A model generated the notes under the pieces. The model worked only from the letters and a program-made list of their open reading frames with translations, was not told the DNA's origin and made no database searches. The translations under genes and the position numbers were made by a program. A stretch of DNA of 63,720 nucleotides, the filler included, from Octopus bimaculoides (taxonomy: Eukaryota), in NCBI RefSeq assembly GCF_001194135.2. It is 6 parts of 5 records of this genome, joined end to end, with 100 filler letters (N's around TTAATTAATTAA, not from the genome) between each part and the next. Parts side by side here need not be neighbours in the genome. Positions count along the whole stretch, not along the records: positions 27,161 to 46,826 come from NC_068986.1; positions 46,927 to 56,356 come from NC_068995.1; 4 more parts are not named here. One strand, written 5' to 3'. Positions 39,481-52,525 of the stretch are shown here, one piece after another. How positions within the stretch are numbered: the first letter of the stretch is position 1; every line of letters starts with the position of its first letter.

Positions 39481-41016
39481 GATGGAAATAGGCTCCTTGC
39501 TTCAACCGAAAAATTGACTGGTGTCACACTTAATGTTAACCCATTACCTACCAGTGATCTCATATGAAATCACTTAAAAATTAAAATTTCGTAATTATCT
39601 GTCAATATTTACACATATCTAACCTTTTTGCTATATCTACTAGGTATATTTCTCTGATATTCAAATGAGGTTTGCTAATTGTTCACCCAACATCTCGCTT
39701 ATTTCTATTTAAAATGTTATTTTGAAATGTTATTTTAATCATTTCAGCGTGTTTCTAAGGCTGTTTAATGCTAGAAATCAAAGTTTCATAAGAAAAAATT
39801 CCATTTAATAGAATTATGGGAGGTAATGGGTTAAGTTCCGTTGAGTTAAATGCAATGTATCTAGCAAGCCGAATTTCTCTGAGAAGAATCATAATTAATA
39901 AAGCCTGTAAACACACGCACACACGCACATGCGTGTGTTTGCATTTATATATGTTGTAAATATGCAACTGCTTACATGGGAGTGCACGTATTCCTCGCAT
40001 GAGACATAAGCACGCATTAAGAACATTTTGTAAATAAAACGATAACCAATATAGCAGAAATAATAGTGTTAGATTTAGTCTATTTAGTTAGGTTTTCATA
40101 CGTTCTAAGTTCAAATGTCATTGAATTTGGCAAGGTCGTTCACGCCGTCGTGGACCGGCATTGGACGAGTCCAACTTTAATGAATACCAACTGTTGAGTT
40201 TTAATATATTCCCAAAGATTAACGACATCCGCTACTTCAGCTTTAAAAATCAGTTACTAGTCTTATCAAAAACATTATTTCTCTTCCGCTTCTATTTGAC
40301 CTTCATATAATATGCAAAAAGGCTTCAAGGCTGTCAATGACCTTCATGGGACATGCTGAATCCCTTTTCCGCTCAAAAAGATCAAATAAGTGCCTTCTGT
40401 AACGGTGGTGGTTGCGGTGGCGGCGCTGGCGATTTGGGCAGTGGTAATAGNNNNNNNNNNNNNNNNNNNNNNNNNNNNNNNNNNNNNNNNNNNNNNNNNN
40501 NNNNNNNNNNNNNNNNNNNNNNNNNNNNNNNNNNNNNNNNNNNNNNNNNNNNNNNNNNNNNNNNNNNNNNNNNNNNNNNNNNNNNNNNNNNNNNNNNNNN
40601 NNNNNNNNNNNNNNNNNNNNNNNNNNNNNNNNNNNNNNNNNNNNNNNNNNNNNNNNNNNNNNNNNNNNNNNNNNNNNNNNNNNNNNNNNNNNNNNNNNNN
40701 NNNNNNNNNNNNNNNNNNNNNNNNNNNNNNNNNNNNNNNNNNNNNNNNNNNNNNNNNNNNNNNNNNNNNNNNNNNNNNNNNNNNNNNNNNNNNNNNNNNN
40801 NNNNNNNNNNNNNNNNNNNNNNNNNNNNNNNNNNNNNNNNNNNNNNNNNNNNNNNNNNNNNNNNNNNNNNNNNNNNNNNNNNNNNNNNNNNNNNNNNNNN
40901 NNNNNNNNNNNNNNNNNNNNNNNNNNNNNNNNNNNNNNNNNNNNNNNNNNNNNNNNNNNNNNNNNNNNNNNNNNNNNNNNNNNNNNNNNNNNNNNNNNNN
41001 NNNNNNNNNNNNNNNN

Positions 41017-41050
<34 letters not shown>

Positions 41051-41641
41051 GCTCATCTGTGCATCATATTAATTTAAATATATGGTAAAAAACGAATTTA
41101 CTAAAGCATTCGTTAGGAGAAAATGTCTTTAATGGACGTGAGGTGCTTAAAAACATAATATATATTGGAGGCAGACAAAAATCATCCTAGCATTGCCTGG
41201 TGAAAATGTAAAATACACTTCTGCCTCATTGGGCGTTACCAATTGTATGTATTCATAGCTAACCTCAAGCCAAGATGAAATCTTTCGCCATCAATAAAGA
41301 AAAACAGCCAATGAACAATTACTGTTGATGCAAACAGCCACCTGGCGGGGAAATATCCGTTATATGCAACAGAAGCAATATCAGATCAAACAATCCACCT
41401 GTGTAGCATACTTGAAATAAATACATCACAAGAAAGTAAACTTACTGCAATATTCGCCCGGCGTTAATACTTCTTATGGACACATTATGTTTAAAAACTC
41501 AATATACAGCGGAAGAATACGATTTTATACACAAAACGTTTATAGGAGATATTACCTGCGGACGAATACCATAAGGAAGTTTATAGAAATAATATATTTA
41601 AGTCAAATACAATACTATTATGTTTACAGCACATATTTTTT

Positions 41642-42026
41642 TGTTGTTGGCACTCCGTCGCTTACGACGTCGAGGGTTCCAGTTGATCCGATCAACGGAA
41701 CAGCCTGCTCGTGAAATTAACGTGCAAATGGCTGAGCACTCCACAGACACGTGTACCCTTAACGTAGTTCTCGGGGATATTTAGCGTGACACAGTGTGAC
41801 AAGGCTGACCCTTTGAATTACAGACACAACAGAAACAGGAAGTAAGAGTGAGAGAAAGTTGTGATGAAAGAATACAGCAGGGTTCGCCATCATCCCCTAC
41901 CAGAGCCTCGTGGATCTGTAGGTGTTTTCGCTCAATAAACACTCACAACGCCCGGTCTTGGAATCGAAACCGCGATCCTATGACCGCGAGTCCGCTGCCC
42001 TTACCACTGGGCCATTGCGCCTCCAC
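41642..42026 (-). mobile_element. tRNA-derived SINE family C, inverted relative to 38764
   Basis: Reverse complement closely matches 38764-39143 over nearly its whole length. Confidence 0.92.
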
Positions 42027-43650
42027 ATAGATAGATAAATAGATAGAAAGACACAGAGAGAGATAGGTTTCTAATCCTTGTTATTTTTGTTTATCAACGA
42101 GCAATATTTTTGTACGTATCTAAACGTTTGCCAGTATCAATATACGTCCATGATTATTTATATTACTATATATGTCGTGCAAGACATGGGTTTCCTTGGG
42201 CCTATTTCGTCTATGTCCATGTGTGTTGTATATATACACAACACTACTATATGATACGTATATGTGTGTGTATGTATGTATATATAGATATATTGAACGT
42301 ATATGTTGCTTTATGGATTTGCATAGAACCATGTCAATGTACTTCGTCTCTACGTTAATGCTTGTACGTACCTCTTGTGTGTGTTTGTGTGAGTGTGTTT
42401 GTGCAAGTGTGTATAGAGTCACACACTCGGTGATTTAAGTGGAGTTTGGTATGGAATCATGTAAAAGGAAACGCGCCCTTTGTGTCATTATCAGCCGGTG
42501 ATAATAACCGTTGCTCTTTGAACTACGGATGTCGAAAGTGTGGTAGGAAATAAAACTGCTTCCCGCCACCTAGTTTCAAATCAGCCATGTCATATCTATC
42601 TATCTATCTATCTGTATATGTGTGTGTGTATGTGCGTGCGTGTGAGTATGTGTGTTTGTGTCTGTGTATGTCTGTATGTGTATGTGTTTATACGTGTGTG
42701 TATGTGCATATGTATATATTTATATATATTGCATATATATCATACATACACGTATATATGCATATATATATATATATANNNNNNNNNNNNNNNNNNNNNN
42801 NNNNNNNNNNNNNNNNNNNNNNNNNNNNNNNNNNNNNNNNNNNNNNNNNNNNNNNNNNNNNNNNNNNNNNNNNNNNNNNNNNNNNNNNNNNNNNNNNNNN
42901 NNNNNNNNNNNNNNNNNNNNNNNNNNNNNNNNNNNNNNNNNNNNNNNNNNNNNNNNNNNNNNNNNNNNNNNNNNNNNNNNNNNNNNNNNNNNNNNNNNNN
43001 NNNNNNNNNNNNNNNNNNNNNNNNNNNNNNNNNNNNNNNNNNNNNNNNNNNNNNNNNNNNNNNNNNNNNNNNNNNNNNNNNNNNNNNNNNNNNNNNNNNN
43101 NNNNNNNNNNNNNNNNNNNNNNNNNNNNNNNNNNNNNNNNNNNNNNNNNNNNNNNNNNNNNNNNNNNNNNNNNNNNNNNNNNNNNNNNNNNNNNNNNNNN
43201 NNNNNNNNNNNNNNNNNNNNNNNNNNNNNNNNNNNNNNNNNNNNNNNNNNNNNNNNNNNNNNNNNNNNNNNNNNNNNNNNNNNNNNNNNNNNNNNNNNNN
43301 NNNNNNNNNNNNNNNNNNNNNNNNNNNNNNNNNNNNNNNNNNNNNNNNNNNNNNNNNNNNNNNNNNNNNNNNNNNNNNNNNNNNNNNNNNNNNNNNNNNN
43401 NNNNNNNNNNNNNNNNNNNNNNNNNNNNNNNNNNNNNNNNNNNNNNNNNNNNNNNNNNNNNNNNNNNNNNNNNNNNNNNNNNNNNNNNNNNNNNNNNNNN
43501 NNNNNNNNNNNNNNNNNNNNNNNNNNNNNNNNNNNNNNNNNNNNNNNNNNNNNNNNNNNNNNNNNNNNNNNNNNNNNNNNNNNNNNNNNNNNNNNNNNNN
43601 NNNNNNNNNNNNNNNNNNNNNNNNNNNNNNNNNNNNNNNNNNNNNNNNNN

Positions 43651-43682
<32 letters not shown>

Positions 43683-43978
43683 CATGAGTGTGTGTTTGTG
43701 TTTGTGTGTATGCGCCCGCGCGTGTGTTCTTGTGTTCTGTTTTGATATTTATTTCCTTTGCAACATCTATAACAGATGTTCATCGCAAGAAGGAGAACGA
43801 AGATGAAGCTGTAATTAAACTAAGAATTAAAGATTAGTATTTTACCCATGAAAACTTCTGTATTTCAGAAGGTTCGCAACGTTTCAACTTCTGCTACAAA
43901 CCACAGCAGTATATGCAAAGCTGTAGGATGGCAAGAGACATTGATGTTTGCGTATGTTTTTGATGCGGTTTTAATAAT

Positions 43979-44132
43979 ACAGTTCTATATTTAAGAGGTG
44001 AGGAATTATGTGCATCATTTACATTATTTACATTTGACGTAGTCTTGTCCTCATCTTACCCACGGCTATATGGCTTAGTGGTTAAGAGCGCAGGCTACAA
44101 ACCCCAAGATTCCGAGTTCGATTCCAGGCAGT
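43979..44132 (+). mobile_element. SINE family D: inverted tail (43979-44058) joined to tRNA head (44059-44132), then gap
   Basis: Head homologous to 28553-28625; the preceding 80 bp is the reverse complement of the tail end at about 28771-28848. Confidence 0.8.
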
Positions 44133-45294
44133 NNNNNNNNNNTTTTTTTGTAAATATACCAAAAGTAAGTAGTTGGTATTTCGTTGGGTTTTATTTCATT
44201 TCCCCTTTCTCTCATATCATGTATTGGCCACAATAGCAGCAGTAATTAAATATATAAGTAACAGAAAGACGAGTGCCGCTACACTTCAAAGACGATAATG
44301 TAGACCACTTTAGTAGGATAAGGAGATAGCATAAAGGGTGGTGGGTGGGTATACAAGGAGAAGAATTAAGCAGAGATAGAACGAAGGAACGAAGGAAAGT
44401 AACAGATATGAAGTATGTAGTATCATCAACAATGACTTCATAACATGTAAAATTTCACAAAGGCATTTTGATTTTGCGACCGTCTACTTAACAGTGATAT
44501 CAATAGATTTCAGCGTTCCGTTCGGTTTTTCTTTTCGTTATTTATTAATTTTTCAGTTCTTTTCTTTGTATCAAAGTATGTAGCGTAATGTTAAGTAAAG
44601 TAGATCCAACTCAGTTTTGATCGCCTTTAATTTTAAACTTCCACAAATGTTAGTATCTGGTCCAGAGTAACTACAGTTGATCAGCCAGGACGCGAATTTT
44701 TTTCCCACGAGAGTACCGGATCCCAATAATGAATTCGTTTGCATACAGCCAATCAGGGCTCACCTTGATTTTGTTGTCAAGTGAAAACAAACACACTATA
44801 ACAAGTTAACTCAAGGCGAAGAACAGTGTTGTAAGTCGACCGATCGCCAAGTTATGCCTGTTTTAGAAGGAGACACGTAATTAGATAGATTTGCAGCTAT
44901 ACTTACTGTCGGATTTTGTTAGGGCCCCATATGGTAGAGATGTGGATGGAAAAAATGTGGGTGGAGTGCGATGTGCTAGCAACCCTCTCCCCAGACTGTT
45001 TTACAAAGTAAACAACACAAATAACTACGTAGAGGCAACCATGGTTGAAACAAGAACAAGAACAACCAGCACTATTAAAAGTGAAAAGAAGCATGGTCAT
45101 TCCTTACGCAAGTGACCTTATCTTATCGCCCANNNNNNNNNNNNNNNNNNNNNNNNNNNNNNNNNNNNNNNNNNNNNNNNNNNNNNNNNNNNNNNNNNNN
45201 NNNNNNNNNNNNNNNNNNNNNNNNNNNNNNNNATATATATATATACATATATACATATATATATATACATATATACATATGTGTGTGTGCCAGT

Positions 45295-45525
45295 GTATTT
45301 GTGTGTCTGTGTGTCTATGTGACTTTGTGTCTGTGCTTGTCCCTCTCAACCAGTGTTAGCGTATTTATGTCACTGTAACCTGGTGATTCGGCAAAAGAAA
45401 CCAGTAAATAATAATGAGGCTTAAAAAGAATTAAAAAAGACCGATTCGTTCTACAAAAATGTTCCAAGTATGTGCCCCAGTATGGCCGCAGTCTAATTAC
45501 AGAAACAAATAAAAGATAAGAGATA
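45295..45525 (+). mobile_element. SINE family B 3' half, degenerate
   Basis: gattcggcaaaagaaacc..gtgccccagtatggccgcagtctaat..aaacaaataaaagataag. Confidence 0.65.
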
Positions 45526-45594
45526 AACTATGAAGATATCTATTATATGCACTTGAAATAGTATCAAGTTAAAATACCTATGTATCATGATACC

Positions 45595-45665
45595 GAACGT
45601 AAAGACAGACGAAATACCGCTAAGCATTGCGCCCGGCATGCTAACGTTCATCCCAGCTCACCGCC
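45595..45665 (-). mobile_element. SINE family A head fragment
   Basis: gaacgtaaagacagacgaaataccgctaagcatt..cagctcaccgcc. Confidence 0.75.
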
Positions 45666-46314
45666 TTTGAGCCATCAAATATTAAGGTGAAATATCATTA
45701 CTGCAGCATTCTTTCCGAGATAACATCTCCTATGGACACGCTCTGTTTACAGACACAATACGTATCGGAAGGAGACATTCAAGCTTAATGCGTAAATGGA
45801 TGCTATAGTTAAACAACAGTGTATTCTGTGTAGAATGTATTGCACAACTACTCGATTACTTTCAAGCATTTCTCAACGGCGTAGCAGCTGTTTACTTCGT
45901 TCCTTCGAGATAGATATAAAGCAGCTTTCTAATTACTTTAAAAAAATGCGTTAATTAGGTGACACTGCTTTTATTCATTTACGTATCAGCAGATTCATTA
46001 AGAGGAGCATTAATTAAGGAAATTACTGAGACAGCATGCGTGTGGTCACATGCAAAACTAATGGAGTAGATCTATGCATCGTGTAGAGACGGCCATGAAG
46101 TTCTCTTAAGCGTGCACAATCTCTTTTTTTTTATATATAGTTTATTTACAAACAATGAGTCAGATCTCTATTTTTATTATTCGATATGTGTCACCAAGGA
46201 AAATTTAGATGTGCGAATCCGTAAAAGCAGATCCTATTATTGTTTGCAATTTTCATAAATTACTGTAGACGAGTGTAATGCGCTGTACAAGGGGAGTAAA
46301 GCCGTTAAATATTC

Positions 46315-46765
46315 TTTTCTACTCTAGATACAAGGCCCGAAATGTTTTGGGCGAGGAAGCCAGGTCGATTAGATATCGACTCCAGTACGCAACTGTTACT
46401 TAATTTATCGACCTCAAAAGGATAAAAGGCAAAGTCGACCTCGGCAGAATTTGAACTCAGAACATAAAGACAGACGAAATACGGCTAAATGTTTCGCCCG
46501 GCATGCTAACGTTTATGTCAGCTCGCCACCGTTGAGCTTTTAAATATTCTTTTCTCCGCTAGGCACAAAGCCCAAAATTTTGGGAGAGGGAGCCAGTCGA
46601 TTAGATCGACTCCAGTACGCAATTGTTACTTAATGATTTATCGACCCCGAAAGGATGAAAGGCAAAGTCGATCTCGGTGGAATTTGAACTCAGAGCGTAA
46701 AGACAGACGAAATACGAATTTCTTTATTGCCCACAGGGGGCCAAACATAGAATGGTACAAAACAA
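46315..46765 (-). mobile_element. Stack of SINE family A copies (full 46315-46530, partial 46550-46716, tail 46717-46765)
   Basis: Two tandem bodies, each preceded by ttaaatattcttttct; the third tail resembles the 11528 subtype. Confidence 0.88.
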
Positions 46766-46926
46766 CTGATTTGGATCAGTAATGCGAATGGTTTACATAA
46801 ATATGACTTTAAAAATATTATAAAATNNNNNNNNNNNNNNNNNNNNNNNNNNNNNNNNNNNNNNNNNNNNTTAATTAATTAANNNNNNNNNNNNNNNNNN
46901 NNNNNNNNNNNNNNNNNNNNNNNNNN

Positions 46927-46965
<39 letters not shown>

Positions 46966-47725
46966 TATATATATATATGTATGTGTGTGTGTATATGTGT
47001 GTGTGTACGTGTGTGTGTATGTATGTATGTATGTATGTATGTATGTATATGTATAGATAAACATGTTTGGGTGTGGGCCATTAAAATATATAAAATACGC
47101 GCGCGCGGTGGCGTGTATATACTTATATAATGTATGGCTGTCTTGTTTTTATGTTATCTCTCCTTGTAGCTTCTATGTTATTGCGGTTCAAGTTACAACC
47201 TGGATCCAAATGGAACAAATGGATTCAAAATATGGTTAGTATCAGATTCTCATGACTTGTTATACTTTTCGTTCATGACTGTAACATAACAAATTATAGA
47301 AATGAATCAACATAATTTTATATGCATATTTTGCAGAACTTTCTGTTATTCTTTTCTATGAGTTTTATACATGTAAGTCCAAAATATCTTATAAGGAAAA
47401 TAATGCTATATTTATTTTAAGTATTAACTTAGTGGGTGATATTTTTATTCGACAGGATTATTAAGCAAAATATCATGTAAACATCATTTATACACTAACT
47501 AAACAGCATATTTTGTTAAGGTTATTTCTACAGATATTCTATAGAGAAATAACCTCAACAAAATAATGTAAGAAGCACTGCCGACGCAGTAGAACGTGGA
47601 ACTCTCTTATAAAAACCATTAATAAGCTTTATTATGTTTGCATAACAAAGTACCGCGGACCTACCTACGAATCATTAACATTTACAAAATATTATGTATA
47701 CATGTATATATGTACATATGCATAC

Positions 47726-47774
<49 letters not shown>

Positions 47775-48599
47775 NNNNNNNNNNNNNNNNNNNNNNNNNN
47801 NNNNNNNNNNNNNNNNNNNNNNNNNNNNNNNNNNNNNNNNNNNNNNNNNNNNNNNNNNNNNNNNNNNNNNNNNNNNNNNNNNNNNNNNNNNNNNNNNNNN
47901 NNNNNNNNNNNNNNNNNNNNNNNNNNNNNNNNNNNNNNNNNNNNNNNNNNNNNNNNNNNNNNNNNNNNNNNNNNNNNNNNNNNNNNNNNNATATATAAAC
48001 ATTACACACATTTAATGAATATGATTTGCTTAATCGCCTGTAAGCTTCGGATAGCAGGGTGGGGATAAATCTCTCAAAATACTGAGTGTTAAAACACCTG
48101 AAAGTCATAGACGGGCAAGACTCTTTACCCCTAATTCCATTCAGGTGTGATGGATACTGATAGCTTATTAACACCACATACCTGGACTTCATGTATTACA
48201 ACACCTAGTGCTTTGTGGAAGTCACCTCGAGCGCGCGAAACCGCAAAGTAAGGGATAAAATGCAAAATACGTACAATGAGTATGTGCAAGTGAATACAGT
48301 TTACAACATTAGCGCTGCTTCCAATTAATATTTGAATTTATTCGTACGTGTATAATGTCGTGGCATAACAATGAATGGTTTTTACTCTAATTTTATAAAG
48401 TCATGGACAGGTGATTCATTTCAGAAAAATATTGTTATCCATCATTCCTGAATGAGATTAACGACAAGATGTCTCAACTCTTTCAGGTCTTTTAACACCC
48501 ATTAAAATCCATGATCTGTAATATCTATACCTTTGCTAAGTAACCCTGTACGGAGTACATTTGTGTCGTATGTAGGATAAACCAACAGATTAACTTTAA

Positions 48600-48905
48600 G
48601 GTTAGAAATATAGTGCAACGTTTACGATGCAGTGAGAAACGGTGCAGAAACATGACAACTACCTACATTGGAGAGACTGCACGCAGCATAGGAGAGCGTG
48701 TAGTTGACATTGGTGAGAGCTCAAAGAAAGGAAAAGCTCGTCAGTGCTCTACGAACATACTCTGGTATAACATGGAGACTCGATTAATAGCTTAGAGGTT
48801 AAAGTATTATCTACACATAGAAATGACACGATACTTAGAGTGATTATAGAGGCTACACGCATAACAGTAGATAAACCGAGCCTCAATAGAAAACAAGTAT
48901 ATAAC
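48600..48905 (+). mobile_element. Penelope-like element GIY-YIG endonuclease domain, degenerate
   Basis: NIVQRLRCSEKRC..TTYIGETARSIGERV, then after a frameshift LYEHTLV*HG..LEVKVLS..LRVIIEATRITVDKPSLNRK; YIGET at 48664-48678. Confidence 0.85.
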
Positions 48906-49819
48906 AGTAACACCCACCACCATACCATACCACATGACTAAAGGCAGAAGAGATGAGAAGAGAGAAAAATCGTAAACAATACACAGAAACATACAGGGTA
49001 ATACATACACAATAGACATATATGCATTCACCTGTGATATTTATGAGAAACAAAGCTCGATGTATAACAATGTATAAATAAATAAACATATAAATAGACA
49101 ATTTAATAAATATATATGTCATATACCTGTGATAAATATAAGATATAGAGATAGATAAAAATAAATAATTCTATATAAAGGGCATAGATATATACAACAT
49201 ACGAAGTGAACCCATACACACCCATAATAAATTTCATGGATGGCCACAACAATGTCAACAGTACGATTAAAAACGACAGCAGGATTAGCAGTGACAACGA
49301 TGGCAATAGTAACAACTACTTCGAAGACAACACGGAGGGCGAACACACATGCGCAGAGGAATACAGGAACTGTGCCATATATTCGGGTCTTACGACAGCA
49401 GCAGCACAATGGGGTGAGAGAATGGAGCAGAGGGGAAGGTCACCCTGCTGCTAAGAACTATAACACACACACAAGCATACACACTAACACAAACAAGGAC
49501 AGAAACGCATGTGAACATAAGGATACAGATCTTAGAAAAACAGAATTGAGTAAGTGGAGCAAGAATATACAGGAAAGCGAAAGGTGTCACTGAAACGGAC
49601 TGAGATGTATGACGAAAGACTGCGGGTCAATGGGCGTCACTTAGGATAATAAAATAACAGCAGTAATAAACGAGTGAAAAAAAACATATATAGTGCGTGA
49701 GTTTATTTGACAAAAGCAGATGACCGTCCCGGAATACAAAAATATCTGTTTCAACACACGAGTTCACATCAGGAGACTTGCAAAACGAATTGATGAATAC
49801 ACACAGGCACATAGGCACA

Positions 49820-50115
49820 GGAGTGGCTTTGTGGTAAGAAGCTTGCTTCCCAACCTCATGGTTCAGGGTTCAGTACTACTATATGTGTGTGTATGTGTGT
49901 GTTTGTGTTTGTGTCTGTGTTTGTCCGCCTATGACCACTTCACAACTGCTGTTGGTGGGTTTATGTCCCCGTAAGTTAGCGGTTCGGCCAAATAGATCGA
50001 TAGAATAATTACAAGGCTTAAAAAATAAGTACTAGGATCGATTCAATTGACGACAAATTCAAAGTGGTACCCCATCATGGCTGCAGCCTAATGACTGTAA
50101 CATGTAAAAGATAAA
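49820..50115 (+). mobile_element. SINE family B with internal deletion
   Basis: Head aggagtggctttgtggtaagaagcttgc..gggttcagt joined directly to (TG)n and the 3' half. Confidence 0.75.
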
Positions 50116-50518
50116 AGAAAAAAGAAAAAGATATATATATATGTATGTTAGAAATATTAATATCTCTATTTCTGAAAACCAGTGGATGTATTCCACTGAA
50201 ATTAGATAAATAACCTTCGTACAGACGGTCAGTAGCGACACCTGCCGGGTTCGGCTGCTCTGCATTGATAAGGGGCAATACCGCGAAACTAGTCTGCAGA
50301 TGCCAAACCAGCAAGGGGAAGCTGCTGACCTCCACTGTTCGAAGGTTATAAAGGACACAGGTTCGTGTGTCACATTGCTAGCAAGAGGCAATGGCCTCTT
50401 GGAGCTAATCAACGGCAGCATTCGTCCTATTTTTTGGACTGCCATGTTGGTTTGGCGATAACTATTAATATCCAGTACTGCTGCCGTACTCTCCTTTAGA
50501 GAGACTTAGAAATATTAA

Positions 50519-50557
<39 letters not shown>

Positions 50558-50561
50558 CTTT

Positions 50562-50780
50562 TACATGTTTCAGTCATAAGTCTGAATCCAATGAATCGGC
50601 CCCAGTACTTTTTATTAAGCGTGGTAATTATCCTATCATTCTCTTTTGCCGAATCACAAGTTTACAATCATGTAAGAACACAAACGCAGCTTTCAGGGGG
50701 AGCGGGTTAGAAACATAGAGATAAGGACACAATCCTCGATACACGCACACATACATATGTTAGGTCCTCAATTATTCGAC
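50562..50780 (-). mobile_element. SINE family B 3' half, degenerate
   Basis: ttttacatgtttcagtcat..ccccagtact..tcttttgccgaa. Confidence 0.55.
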
Positions 50781-51625
50781 TACACATGTAAAGAAACCAT
50801 ATCTATAGAACAGACCACTAAAGACGCATTAAATAACATTGGATAACCTCCCAACGACGTTACCGAACCAGACAAGCCTTCGGGGATACAGTCAGAGAAG
50901 ATCAGCTGCCACAAACCCAATCACAGACCATCCTTCCTGCCATAAAACAACAACAAAACCGATGGAAAATAATTTTAGCTGATGCGCCAGCATTGGTGCA
51001 GACCTATGAAAGAAGCAATTAAAAGAATAAAATAATATACTCACAAATAAACCTACGTTTATGTGTGTATACATATATGTGTATGTGTGTGTGTGTGAGT
51101 GTGTGCATGAATGTATGTATCTATGCATGTATGTATGTATTGAGATTGTTTTTATATAGTTATGTATAAGTCACATAGGCATTATTTGTCTATATTTATA
51201 TATGCGTATGTATTTGAGCATAATCCCCTTCGATTGCTACTCCGTCCGACGATTTGTCTATAGCATATCTTTCATGACTAAAATATACTTTTAAATTAAC
51301 TTACGGAATAAGAAGGAAAATGCCTTTGAACTGGTTGGGGCTGATGACAGAAGCCAATCGAATTATGGTAATAAATAATAAAACTAAACTGTCTTTTCCC
51401 TTTTAGTCGAAATTCTAGAATTGGCCCCTCCTATGTAAGCCTGTAGACCCTTGTATAATAGAAGTGTCTTCCTATTTATGCGAAATAACCAATTTTTTGT
51501 TATATTCATTCGTCCGATTAAACATCAGTAGCCTACGTTTAATATATATATTACAATATGGACACGGCTACGTCATTTTCTCATCCATTTTCTCATCTTT
51601 TTATTATTATTATCATTATTATTAA

Positions 51626-51688
<63 letters not shown>

Positions 51689-52525
51689 AAGAGTGGATAA
51701 TATAGCATAAAATTTATTCACGCACAAGCATTCGAAAAGGTTAAAATATCATTGGCATGAAAACGTCTGAGGAAATGTAAGGTGTTACATATTTGTAAAT
51801 TTGTGTCCGTTCGATCATTGAACTCTCATGGGTTTCCAAAAGGGTTGCCATCGTTATTCTTATTCGTGTTGAGGTAACCGTTTGTGAAATCATATTTTAT
51901 TTACAAACATAGATTTATATAAGCTCCTTCACTACTTATTTCTTTCAGATTGCTGAGCAACCTACTCACCATGTAAATTTTTGCCACCAAAAAAAAAACA
52001 CTTTAATTTCTTCGTGAGTATATTGTTTTGAAACTGGAATTATAATACCAGATATATATTGGGATTTGTAAATAAGAAACTCTGACTTCACTAAAACTTT
52101 GAAGGGAATATATTATACAAATGAATGAATTAAACATACTTGACTATACAAGTGACAATCTAATTTAACATTTTCAACTTTGTTTAAATGATTAAATTGT
52201 TCGGGGTAACATTTTCCATAAAGGTATTTTACAAATAACAATGTATTTTAAAAAGAAATGGAGAGCATTTTGCGAAACCTCATTATTTGTATACTGCTTG
52301 TAAAGTGGGAGTTGTGCCTTGATATATTCTGGTAAAGTATTGGGAAAACGAAAAAAGCTTTATGCTCTATGTTTCTTATTTTGTTATAACAATAATAAAA
52401 TGTACAACAGTTATTTACAGTTCAACAGAACTATTACAAAATTGACACAAATCAATATTTACTAGGAATTATTATCTCAAACACTAGAATATACAAATAT
52501 TTAACTCTTAAGAATATTACAGAAA

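Noticed and set aside
48198-48242. Hairpin ctttgtgg..GAAACcgcaaag resembling a type III hammerhead
   Set aside because: No CTGANGA core is present.
49584-49640. Possible hammerhead at the end of the Penelope 3' region (CTGAAAC..GAAAGAC..GTC)
   Set aside because: Several core and stem positions fail; not supportable without other copies.
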